Shown here: piece after piece, positions 28,553-38,768 of the stretch
How the letters are laid out: each line of letters begins with the position of its first letter
Position numbering within the stretch: position 1 is the stretch's first letter
Assembly (NCBI GenBank): GCA_030041175.1
Contig: JASHOK010000038.1
Location: forward strand, 1-52,997
Direction of reading: 5' to 3'
From: Thermoplasmata archaeon
Lineage (GTDB): Archaea; Thermoplasmatota; Thermoplasmata; Lutacidiplasmatales; UBA184
DNA length: 52,997 nt
Made by a program: the position numbers and the translations under genes
Notes under the pieces: model-generated
The model's database searches: none
The model's input: the letters and a program-made list of their open reading frames with translations, nothing else
What the model was told of the DNA's origin: nothing

Positions 28553-28629
28553 GATTGGGCGGTTTTTTTGTCACTCCTGTTTGAACAGTTGCTACAAAGT
28601 GACCCATGTTACCACGCGGCAAAAGGACC

Positions 28630-29913
28630 CTAGAGCGGGCTCAGCGAGAAGACGTGGCCCCGGGCGCTCCGGCGCCGGGCCTCGGGCCGCGTGACCTCCC
28701 ATCGTCCACCCGTCCGCGCCTCGAAAATGGTACGGAGGATGGCGGGGCAGAGGAGTCGGCCCACCTCGGGAGAGGCACCGTCGCAGGCGATGCATCCATC
28801 GGTTCGCACCACCAGGGGCTCCGACTCGACAATGTCGAACCGGACGTTCCTTCCGCGGTAGTACTCTTGGAGGGAGCGGGCAACCTCGAGCGGGAGCTCG
28901 CCCTCGATCTCCCCGGCGATCTTTCGGCCGACCTGACGGGCCACGGTGTCGATGAACTCGGGAACGTCGAACGGGAGGTCCCGGAGCCCTCCGACCTGCA
29001 TCCCGAGCTGGGTGATCTCCCGAAGCCGGTTGAACGATTCGACCTCGCGCCCGAGACGAACCGGCAGGGCGGCGACCGCGGGTTCCTCGAGCTCCACGAT
29101 CCGGTGCTCGGAGGGCGTGCAGTGGTTCCAGAGCTGCTGGTACTGGACCCGCACCAGATTGAGGAACTCCGGATCCGTTGTCCAGACCGTCACAAGATGG
29201 TCCTCGTTGCCTCCGGTCCGGAGGTCTCCGGCGACATAGACGACAGCTCCGCTCTTGTCCAACAGGACGCCCCGTGCGGCGGGCATCGTTCGAGTGTTCC
29301 GGACTTCCGAGAAGGCGGAGAAGTGCTTGACGTCGGCGAGGTTGCCCCGGTTGATCTCGGTGATCACACGGACCTTGACGCCTCGCTGCTTCGCCGTGCG
29401 CAGGTCGCGGTCCAGCCCGCCGTCGATGAACCGGGAAAGCGCGGAGGGACTGAGGGACAGCTGAATCTCCTTGCGGGCCAGCCCGATCTGCTTTCGGAGG
29501 AAACTGTAGAGCGACTTCCGACGTTCCATGACGACGTACTTGCGCCCATCGCTGACCTCCGGGGTGGAGATGTGCTCCTGGAACTCTCGGAGCAGGTGGT
29601 CGCGCCCGGCCTCCAGCCGGCGCAGGTCCTCGGACGTCGTGCGGATCCAGCGCTCGAGCAATTCCTCGGCCGATAGCGCGCCGAACCTCATCGGGCGGCC
29701 GCCGACCGGACGCAGCAAGCCGGCCTCGCGGAGCTGCTGGATGTGCCGGTAGGTCTCCACGCGGTGAGTTCCGCTCATCCGCGCCAGCTCGGAGGCGGTC
29801 TGAGGACCTTCGCGCGAAGCGGCGATGTAGATGCGGGCGGCCCGCTCGGGGACGCCCCGCTCGGCGAGCAACCGGACGAGGCCGGCGCCTGAACGCGCCA
29901 CGAAGTGTACCAC
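28630..29913 (-). CDS. TrmB family transcriptional regulator with effector domain and Cys-containing C-terminus
   Basis: N-terminal wHTH (GPQTASELAR...YRHIQQL...GLL), KQRGVKVRVIT effector-domain motif, GCIAC...LLCP. Confidence 0.82.
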   Translation of the reverse strand: MVHFVARSGAGLVRLLAERGVPERAARIYIAASREGPQTASELARMSGTHRVETYRHIQQLREAGLLRPVGGRPMRFGALSAEELLERWIRTTSEDLRRLEAGRDHLLREFQEHISTPEVSDGRKYVVMERRKSLYSFLRKQIGLARKEIQLSLSPSALSRFIDGGLDRDLRTAKQRGVKVRVITEINRGNLADVKHFSAFSEVRNTRTMPAARGVLLDKSGAVVYVAGDLRTGGNEDHLVTVWTTDPEFLNLVRVQYQQLWNHCTPSEHRIVELEEPAVAALPVRLGREVESFNRLREITQLGMQVGGLRDLPFDVPEFIDTVARQVGRKIAGEIEGELPLEVARSLQEYYRGRNVRFDIVESEPLVVRTDGCIACDGASPEVGRLLCPAILRTIFEARTGGRWEVTRPEARRRSARGHVFSLSPL

Positions 29914-29964
29914 CGGGGCCGGCGATAAAACGTATCGGGGAAGCGAGGGTCCCGCCGCTGGGGA

Positions 29965-30630
29965 CTACAGCGCGGCCTGGAAGTCGTCGATCGTGAGCGG
30001 GTACGGTGGCTCGGTCTCCGACCCACTCCGCGCCCGGAGGATCTCCCGCGCGAGAAGCCAGTAGATCGTTGCGAGCGAGACCCGACCCTTGTTGTTGCAG
30101 GGGATGACCAGGTCCACGTTCCGCGTTTCGTTGTTGACGTCGCAGAGACCGACGACCGGGATCCCGACGGAGACGGCCTCCGATAGGGCCTGCTGGTCGG
30201 TCGCCGGGTCCGTCACGACCAGGACCTTCGGTTCGATGTACTCGGCCAGGTTGGGATTTGTGAGACTGCCGGGCACGAACCGTTCCGAGAACGCGACCGC
30301 GCCGATCGCCTTGGCAAAGATGCGTACGGGCTTCTGGCCGTATTGCCGCTGGGAGACCGCGAGGACCTTCTCGGACGGAAAGCGGGCCAGGAACTGCGCC
30401 GCGAGCCGGATCCGTCGGTCGGTCTCCTTGATGTCCAGGACATACAGGCCGTCGTAGCGGATCTTGAACACGAAGCGGCGCATGCTGGCCGACTTCTGCT
30501 GCGTGCCGATGTGCACGCCCGCGGTAAGGTAGGTGTCCTCCGGAACAAGCAGCTCGCCGGGGCGGATGTCCTGGCCCTCGCTGGACGTGGAGGTAAGCTG
30601 TTCGGTCGCCTGAATCTCCTCGTCGGCCAT
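29965..30630 (-). CDS. rps2: 30S ribosomal protein S2
   Basis: YLTAGVHIGTQQK, RFVPGSLTNP, DPATDQQALSEA, IPCNNKGR. Confidence 0.97.
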   Translation of the reverse strand: MADEEIQATEQLTSTSSEGQDIRPGELLVPEDTYLTAGVHIGTQQKSASMRRFVFKIRYDGLYVLDIKETDRRIRLAAQFLARFPSEKVLAVSQRQYGQKPVRIFAKAIGAVAFSERFVPGSLTNPNLAEYIEPKVLVVTDPATDQQALSEAVSVGIPVVGLCDVNNETRNVDLVIPCNNKGRVSLATIYWLLAREILRARSGSETEPPYPLTIDDFQAAL

Positions 30631-30633
30631 GCC

Positions 30634-31845
30634 TTACGTTCCGGGGGGGCTGGCGAGCCGCAGGAGTTCATTTAGCTTTGCCACCCGCTCACCGCCGAGC
30701 AGGCCGCACTTGAGGCCGGCAGAACCGAAGGCGACCGCCAGGTGGGCCAACCAGCCGTCCGGGGTCTCGCCCGACCGGTGCGACGTCACCGTCTTCCATC
30801 CGGCCGATCGGGCGAGGTCGACGGTCGCCAGGGTGTCGGTGAGCGTTCCGACCTGGTTCACCTTGATCAGCACCGCATTGCTTGCGTGGCGGCGGATACC
30901 CTCCGCGACCCGGTCCCGGGCTGTCGTGTAGATGTCGTCGCCGACGACGAGCACCCGGGCCCCCACGGCCTTCGTCACGGCGGTGAAACCGTCAAAGTCG
31001 CCTTCCTGAATCGGGTCCTCGACATACCGGAGCCCGAACCGGTCGACGAGCTCCGCGATGAACGCCACCTGTCCGTCGCGGTCCAGGGATCGCTCCCGGT
31101 ACACGTATCGGCCCTCCCGGTAGAATTCGCTCGCCGCGAGGTCGAGGCCCGGGTGGACCTCGACGTGCAACCGGTCTCGCACGTCGGCACATGCCTGTGC
31201 GAGGAGTTCCAGGGCCTCGACGTTCCCCAGTGGCGCGACCCAGCCGCCCTCGTCCCCCCGCCCGAGAGCCAGGCCCGGGTACTTCCGCTTGAGCCGCTCG
31301 CCGACCTGATGATGCACCTCCAGCGCGGCCCGTATGGAATCCGGCGGCCGGCCCGAAGCGACCGCATGGTACTCCTGGATCTCGGGCCCACCGATGGCGT
31401 GTCGGCCGCCGTTGAGACAGTTGCCGACAATGGCTGGATCGGTCATGCGCTCCATGCCCGGCCGAAGGAGCGAACGCCAGAGCGGTGCACCCCCTTCGGC
31501 GGCGCGGGCGAGGGCCGTAGCGACCGAGATCGCGGTGGCGGTGTTGCCTCCCACCCGAGAGAAGTTGGGAGTGCCGTCCAGACGATGCAGCAGCTCGTCG
31601 ACTCCGGCCTGATCGTCGATCGTCAGCCCGAGGAGGCCCGGCCGGATCTCCGAACGGAAGCGCTGCAGCGCCTCCGGCACGCCGCCGGCGGGAAATGCCT
31701 GCACCTCGGTCGCTCCGGTGCTTTCCCCGCTCGGGGCGCCAGCCCGACCCTCACCGCCGTCCTCCCCCGAGACCGTGGCCTCTACGGTGGGTCGACCCCG
31801 GCTGTCGTAGATGAGCCGGAGCGAGGCTTCGACGATCCGGCTCAT
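30634..31845 (-). CDS. eno: enolase
   Basis: DSRGRPTVE, PSGESTG, GDEGG, DLAASEF, VGDD, IKVNQVGT, SHRSGET. Confidence 0.96.
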   Translation of the reverse strand: MSRIVEASLRLIYDSRGRPTVEATVSGEDGGEGRAGAPSGESTGATEVQAFPAGGVPEALQRFRSEIRPGLLGLTIDDQAGVDELLHRLDGTPNFSRVGGNTATAISVATALARAAEGGAPLWRSLLRPGMERMTDPAIVGNCLNGGRHAIGGPEIQEYHAVASGRPPDSIRAALEVHHQVGERLKRKYPGLALGRGDEGGWVAPLGNVEALELLAQACADVRDRLHVEVHPGLDLAASEFYREGRYVYRERSLDRDGQVAFIAELVDRFGLRYVEDPIQEGDFDGFTAVTKAVGARVLVVGDDIYTTARDRVAEGIRRHASNAVLIKVNQVGTLTDTLATVDLARSAGWKTVTSHRSGETPDGWLAHLAVAFGSAGLKCGLLGGERVAKLNELLRLASPPGT

Positions 31846-32237
31846 GGCTGCTCCACGAACTCGACCAGGACGCCTCCAAAGGCGGCTGGATGGGCAAAGC
31901 CGACCCGGCGCCCCCGGGCCCCGGGACGTGACACGGAATCGATGACCCGCTCGCCCCGGCTCGACAGCTCGGTGAGCCGAGCGGTCACGTCGGGCACCGC
32001 CAAGGCGAGGTGGTGCATGCCCTCACCTCGCGACTCCAAGAAACGGGCTACCGGTGACACGGCGTCGGTCGGCTCGAGAAGCTCCACGTGAGATGCGCCG
32101 GCGTCGAGGAACGAGACCCGGACGCGCTGGGCGCTCACTTCCTCCGGAGGAGAGGCGGGGGTTCCGAGAAGTCGCTCCCACTTCGGGGTCGCCGATGCCA
32201 GGCTGCGGACGGCGATGCCGATGTGATCGACGTGCAC
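31842..32237 (-). CDS. mce: methylmalonyl-CoA epimerase
   Basis: DHIGIAV, VELLEP, GEGMHHLAL, FAHP..FGGVLVE; adjacent to the mutase. Confidence 0.93.
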   Translation of the reverse strand: MHVDHIGIAVRSLASATPKWERLLGTPASPPEEVSAQRVRVSFLDAGASHVELLEPTDAVSPVARFLESRGEGMHHLALAVPDVTARLTELSSRGERVIDSVSRPGARGRRVGFAHPAAFGGVLVEFVEQP

Positions 32238-32249
32238 GACGCGGCCCCC

Positions 32250-33923
<1,674 letters not shown>

Positions 33924-33946
33924 CGAGGGCGGGGAGGGACCGGGGC

Positions 33947-35644
33947 TTATGCGCTTTCCGTGCGCCGGACGAAGGGCCAGAGGGCGGTCAGGTCGACCTC
34001 GGCCCAGGTGACTGGCATCGGTACCTTGAGCTCAGCCAGCACCGAAGGTCCGATCTCCCCCAGCTCCGCCACGGCCTCACCGGCGATCCGCACCCGGGCC
34101 GCCCGCCCGGGAATCGTTCCCGGGAGCTCGGCCGGCTCCCGAACGCCTTGGGCTCCGAACGCCCCGAGGAGGTAATCGGCCCAGGCTGCAGCATCGGCGA
34201 ACCCGGCCCGTTCGCCCGCGAGCGCGATGCCGGCATGCCAGCGCGTCCCTCCCCCGCTGGGCTCGCGGGGGTCCGGCACGACGACCGGGCCGACGTCCGA
34301 AAAGAGCTGCGGGTAGGGGTACCGGACATTGTGCTCGAACGCTGCGAGGAGCGAGACCTGGACCGCATCCCGGACGCGTGCGTAGAGCTCGGAGACCGGA
34401 TTTACCACGTGGATCGCGGAGGTCCGACCGAGTAGGGCGGTGTGCCGGGCCGAGACCAGCACCGGAGAGCGAAGCTCCACACATCCGAGACCGAGCAGGT
34501 ACCTCCGGACCTGCCGACGATAGCGCGTCTCTGCGAGGCGTCGGCCTCGGGTGGCGCTCGAGGAGAGCAGTGACTCCTCCGGAAGAATGCCCCGGACGTC
34601 CAGCACCTCTTCGGTCAGGTCGACCGAGGTCTGCAGGTCGGGCCGCCACGGCGGCGTCGCCACCCACCATCCATCGGCGGCCTTGGTCGCGGCAAGCCGG
34701 GCGCGCCCAAGGAACCCCTCCACGTCGGAATCCGGCAGCGCGAGGCCGGCCAGGTCCCGAAGGGTTGAGGCGGTGAACGGCAAGCGTCGGGCAGAAATCC
34801 AATCGAGGCCGGAGTCGGCGTGATCCGGATATTCCACCCGGAGGGGCCGGAGGGACCAGCCCCGAGCCACGAAGGGCAGGAGCATCAACCCGACGGCTTC
34901 CTCGACTCGGGTGGCCCGGGTTCCCGTGGACTCGAGCAGCAGCTCCCGATCGCCGATCCGTATCTCGCCGGCGTTCCGGCTGTTCAGAATCGGGGGAAGA
35001 CTCAAGATCTCGCCCTCGGCGTCGCGAAGCGTGAGGCACTCGCCGTTCGATCGCCCGAGGCGGCCGTACTTCTGGGCCATGCTGTGCTCGGCGAAGAAGC
35101 GGGGCCCGTCCACTTCGGCCGCGCCGTCCAGCGGAGTGAAGCGGACGCCTTCCACCGGTTCGAGCGCGTACCGGACCGGTGGCCGGAGCCGCTCCCAAGG
35201 GTACAGCCCGAGGCTGGCGGCCCGGCGATCCAGACCGATGGTCGCGTGAAGCACCTCTTGGAACCGAATGGCTTCGGCGTACAGCCCCGCGTCCAGTGCT
35301 ACCCCGGGCGGAGCGGCCAGGATCGCGCCGGCCAGATAGGGTCGCAGAGACCCGACACCGGCGTCGACGAGCACGGAGGGCCGGTCGAGCGCCGCCGTGG
35401 GCTCCGGCACTGGAACGGCGCCGGTCTTGAGTCCGAGGCTACCCTGCAAGAAGAGGCCCAACCCTCCTTCCGAGAGGAGGTCGAGGCGGTCCGGGGTGAC
35501 CTCGATCGTCAGGGCGTCCTCGGTCCACTCCTTCAACTCGGCCTTGGAGCGGAACAGCTGTTCTTCGAGCTCAGTGCGGCCGAGCGGTTCGCCCACCATC
35601 TCGAGGACCCGATTCGCTGAGAGCACGCTCTGCGGCACGATCAC
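33947..35644 (-). CDS. pheT: phenylalanyl-tRNA synthetase beta subunit
   Basis: [38 protein letters not shown]; overlaps pheS. Confidence 0.92.
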   Translation of the reverse strand: MIVPQSVLSANRVLEMVGEPLGRTELEEQLFRSKAELKEWTEDALTIEVTPDRLDLLSEGGLGLFLQGSLGLKTGAVPVPEPTAALDRPSVLVDAGVGSLRPYLAGAILAAPPGVALDAGLYAEAIRFQEVLHATIGLDRRAASLGLYPWERLRPPVRYALEPVEGVRFTPLDGAAEVDGPRFFAEHSMAQKYGRLGRSNGECLTLRDAEGEILSLPPILNSRNAGEIRIGDRELLLESTGTRATRVEEAVGLMLLPFVARGWSLRPLRVEYPDHADSGLDWISARRLPFTASTLRDLAGLALPDSDVEGFLGRARLAATKAADGWWVATPPWRPDLQTSVDLTEEVLDVRGILPEESLLSSSATRGRRLAETRYRRQVRRYLLGLGCVELRSPVLVSARHTALLGRTSAIHVVNPVSELYARVRDAVQVSLLAAFEHNVRYPYPQLFSDVGPVVVPDPREPSGGGTRWHAGIALAGERAGFADAAAWADYLLGAFGAQGVREPAELPGTIPGRAARVRIAGEAVAELGEIGPSVLAELKVPMPVTWAEVDLTALWPFVRRTESA

Positions 35645-37173
35645 TCCGGGCGGCCGGTCAGACGGCCGCGGTCATCGAGGTAGAGGTCCCGGATGTCGTT
35701 GTACCCGAGCGAGACCAGGGCAAGACGCGTGATGCCGATGCCCCACGCCGCGACGGGCACTCCGATCCCCAGCGGTCGGAGCACCTCGGGCCGGAGCATG
35801 CCGCCGGGAAAGACCTCCATCCATCCGAGACGGGGATGGCGAACGTACCCTTCGATGGACGGTTCGGTGAACGGGAAGTAGCTGGGTCGGATCTTGAGTT
35901 CCGAAATTCCGAGGGCCTCGGCAAACGCCTTGAAGACACCGACCAGGTGACGGATCGTCACCCCCGTATCGCCGAGGATGCCCTCGCACTGGTCGAACTC
36001 GACGTGGTGCCGGGCGTCGAGGGCATCGGGCCGGAAGTTCCGGCCGATGCAGTACATCCGGAACGGCGGCTCGGGCTGGGTCGCCAGGAACCGTGCCGAA
36101 ACGGCCGTCGTCTGGGATCGGAGCACCGGCCGTCGGGCCCGATCCCGGGAATAGGGGGTCCGCCACCCCGGAGAGACTGGCAGGCGTTCCCCCGGCATCG
36201 GCCGCCCCTCGTGGGCCGCCGCCACTCGTTCGACGAGCTCCCCCGGCAGGGGAGCGCCGGGCGGCGAGTTGACGAAGAACATGTCGTGGACCGACCTCGC
36301 GGGGTGTTCCTGGGGCATGTTGAGAACGTCCGCGTTCCAGAACTCGGTCTCGAGGAGAGGTCCCTCCGCCTCCTGAAAGCCCAGCCCAACGAGGATGTCC
36401 TCCACTTCCTCGATCCAGGCGAGGTACGGATGCGGCCGAGCCCCCTGGAGATACGGTACCGTAGCTCGGACATCGTACGGTCGGAAGGAGACGTGGGCCC
36501 ACTCCTCCGACCCGAGCAGGGTGGGGGTGAGAGCGCCGACCAACGGCTGGCCGGCCTTGGGCAGCGGAAGGGCGAGGCCCTCGGGAGAGGGCAACCAGCG
36601 CCGGACCGAGTGTCGCTCCAGCAGGACCAGGCCCCGGCGCTGCAGCTGAGCCAGGACGCTCTCGTCGACCTCCTTGGCACCGGTCGCAACCGCCTGCAGG
36701 ACCTGCTCCTCGGGAAATGGACTGTCCACGTCGGGCCGGGGCTCCGCCCATCGGAACGGGACGCCCTCCGCCAGGAAGTGATGCCTGCGCAGATAGCCGA
36801 TCGCCGCCCCCTGCTCTTCGCCGGTGAGCCCTTCCGCCTCGACCTGGTCGGGAGTCAGGGTCCCACCCCGACGGCGTAGCGCGAACAGGAACCTGCGTTC
36901 CGGGAGCCCGCGCGCCCGGGCCTCCTCCCCGCGATGGGTAAGCTTGCGCTCGACCCACGCGTCTTCCGAAACGAGAACGAGGCCCTTGGAACGGAGCCGC
37001 TCCAGGCTTCCCCGGAGCGCGTCCGTTGGAAGTCCCGTCCGCTCGGCCAACGCGGAGTCCTCCTGCAGGACGTGCGGCGCGGCTCGCAAGGCCTCGAGAA
37101 CCACGCGCTCGGGTCCCGACAGCGAGAGCGCAGCGGAGGGGTCCGGCGGGGGCGGGTTCTCCTCGTCGGGCAC
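35641..37173 (-). CDS. pheS: phenylalanyl-tRNA synthetase alpha subunit
   Basis: FWNADVL.MPQEHPARS.HD, LRSQTT, RNFRPD, EFDQCEG, YFPFTEPS, GMLRPEV; start placed at GTG about 25 nt from the TATA. Confidence 0.96.
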   Translation of the reverse strand: MPDEENPPPPDPSAALSLSGPERVVLEALRAAPHVLQEDSALAERTGLPTDALRGSLERLRSKGLVLVSEDAWVERKLTHRGEEARARGLPERRFLFALRRRGGTLTPDQVEAEGLTGEEQGAAIGYLRRHHFLAEGVPFRWAEPRPDVDSPFPEEQVLQAVATGAKEVDESVLAQLQRRGLVLLERHSVRRWLPSPEGLALPLPKAGQPLVGALTPTLLGSEEWAHVSFRPYDVRATVPYLQGARPHPYLAWIEEVEDILVGLGFQEAEGPLLETEFWNADVLNMPQEHPARSVHDMFFVNSPPGAPLPGELVERVAAAHEGRPMPGERLPVSPGWRTPYSRDRARRPVLRSQTTAVSARFLATQPEPPFRMYCIGRNFRPDALDARHHVEFDQCEGILGDTGVTIRHLVGVFKAFAEALGISELKIRPSYFPFTEPSIEGYVRHPRLGWMEVFPGGMLRPEVLRPLGIGVPVAAWGIGITRLALVSLGYNDIRDLYLDDRGRLTGRPE

Positions 37174-37195
37174 GGCGGTTCCCAAAGGGCGCCGT

Positions 37196-37203
37196 CTGTT
37201 AAG
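37196..37203 (-). promoter_or_regulatory. TATA-like box of the pheST operon
   Basis: CTTAACAG on the minus strand, preceded by CCAAACC, about 25 nt upstream of GTG 37173. Confidence 0.5.
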
Positions 37204-37215
37204 GGTTTGGAAATC

Positions 37216-37344
37216 GAGTGCTTTGGGATTTTATTCGAGTTCCTCGAGGAGACCCGGTTCTCACCGTTCACCTTCCATCGGCGCCGTCAGTCGCTTCTAG
37301 CCCCACTCCGACTCATACCGGATGCAGATCCTCCGGGGCCTCCT
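37216..37344 (-). repeat. left inverted repeat / inverted diverged copy of the tnpB 3' (omega-RNA) region
   Basis: Three collinear blocks shared with 38501-38621: AGGAGGCCCCG (11/11), GGAAGGTGAAC (11/11), GAATARAATCCCAAAGC (16/17). Confidence 0.75.
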
Positions 37345-38605
37345 TCTTCCTCTCGCCTCTCCGCTCCCCGCTCCCCTCCTCGGCCTCATGGCTGACTATC
37401 GACTGCTGACCAACGCCACCCTTCGATACCTCCTCGAGACCGGCAAGACCTCCCGAGGGTCCGGGTCCAAGTTCGCCCGGAACTGGGCACTGGTCAACCA
37501 CATGACCGGCCAGCATGCGGTGGTGGCCGCGGAGATCGCCGTCTCACTCGCTCGAGCCCATCGAACCCGGCTTCGAAAGGGAATCCCCTCTGCGATCCCC
37601 TACGTTCGGAAACGATTCCTTCGGACCAGTCCGACGACCTTTCACTTCGATATCGACACCGGCAGGGTTCGAGTCTCCCTGCGGAGCGGAGAATGGTGTT
37701 CCTTCTTCGTTCACGTCGCTCCTTACCATCGGGAACGCCTCCAGGAACCTGGAGTTCGGATCAAGCAACTCCAGGTGTCGGAGGACCGGGTAGCCCTGTT
37801 CCTTGAACGACAGGTTCCAGAACCCTACCCTCCATCGTCCCTGGTCGCCCTCGACACCAACGAACGGTCGATGGACGGGGTAGTCGTCACTTCCTCCGGT
37901 ACCGAGGCTACTCGGGTCGAGTACTCGGACATCCCGCAGATCCAGACCGTGCACTTCCTACGGAGGCGACGCCTCGCCCGGAAGAAGGCCCACGACCGAC
38001 GGGTGGCTCGTCGACTGCTACGCAAGGAAGGGACTCGGGAACGCCACCGGGTTCGGTCTCGTCTACACGTCCTGAGCCGACGGTTCATCGAGATCCTGGA
38101 ACGACACCATGCCGCTCTTGCCCTCGAGGACCTGTCTCGAGTGCCTTCACCACGACGACGAGGTCCCGGAGCTAGGGGTCGGTGGCGGGGACCCCAGCTC
38201 CGCCGTCGGCTCTCGAGCTGGCCTCGTCGGGAGTTGCATCGCCAGCTGGAATACAAGGCCCAGGACCATGGCGTTCCGATCTACTGGGTCAACCCGTATC
38301 GTACCAGCATGACCTGCCCGAGATGTGGGGATATTCGACGACCCCGAAGCAGGGTAGGGCCGATGTTCACGTGCGAGTCGTGTGGCTGGACGCTGGACCG
38401 GCAACTGAATGCCGGAGTGAATGTCGGACGAACCGCTCTGCGAGATATCGCAGAGCTCGAAGGTCTACGACTGGACCTTGACGGCCTTTCCGAGGATGCG
38501 AGGAGGCCCCGCTACCCCTTCGAAGCGTCGACGGGGCACGGGCGGAGCGGAGGGAAAGGAAGGGAGCGAACGCAGGGGGCATCGGAAGGTGAACCCTGTG
38601 AATAG
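37322..38605 (+). CDS. tnpB: TnpB family RNA-guided RuvC protein (solo, RuvC-III Asp replaced by Gln)
   Basis: RuvC-I VALDTN (D178), RuvC-II LALEDL (E269), QLEYKA, VNPYRTS.TCPRCG, CESCG, LDRQLNAG (Q361). Confidence 0.93.
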   Translation: MQILRGLLLPLASPLPAPLLGLMADYRLLTNATLRYLLETGKTSRGSGSKFARNWALVNHMTGQHAVVAAEIAVSLARAHRTRLRKGIPSAIPYVRKRFLRTSPTTFHFDIDTGRVRVSLRSGEWCSFFVHVAPYHRERLQEPGVRIKQLQVSEDRVALFLERQVPEPYPPSSLVALDTNERSMDGVVVTSSGTEATRVEYSDIPQIQTVHFLRRRRLARKKAHDRRVARRLLRKEGTRERHRVRSRLHVLSRRFIEILERHHAALALEDLSRVPSPRRRGPGARGRWRGPQLRRRLSSWPRRELHRQLEYKAQDHGVPIYWVNPYRTSMTCPRCGDIRRPRSRVGPMFTCESCGWTLDRQLNAGVNVGRTALRDIAELEGLRLDLDGLSEDARRPRYPFEASTGHGRSGGKGRERTQGASEGEPCE

Positions 38606-38640
38606 AATCCCAAAGCCGCTCAAATCCCTCCCGCGACGCT
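38480..38640 (+). ncRNA. predicted TnpB omega-RNA (scaffold overlapping tnpB 3' end plus flanking guide); boundaries approximate
   Basis: Position typical of omega-RNAs; nested pairings CCTTTCC/GGAAAGG, CCGCT/AGCGG, CCCC/GGGG; low-complexity protein tail after RuvC-III. Confidence 0.55.
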
Positions 38641-38768
38641 CGCGATTGCCTACGCACACACCGGAGATGCGGAGGCCCGTTCGCGCGGCCCGCCGGCCGA
38701 CGGCGGAAGGGTCCAGGCACGCACCCAACAGTCGACTTCCGCTCGTCACAGGTCGCGGTCGGCCCGGT

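Larger units (their letters stand above)
37216..38621 (+). mobile_element. putative non-autonomous TnpB-carrying element with terminal inverted repeats and 5-bp target site duplication
   Basis: Left end GAGTGCTTTGGGATTTTATTC, right end reverse complement GAGCGGCTTTGGGATTCTATTC; AAATC directly outside both ends (37211-37215, 38622-38626); only cargo is tnpB. Confidence 0.65.
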
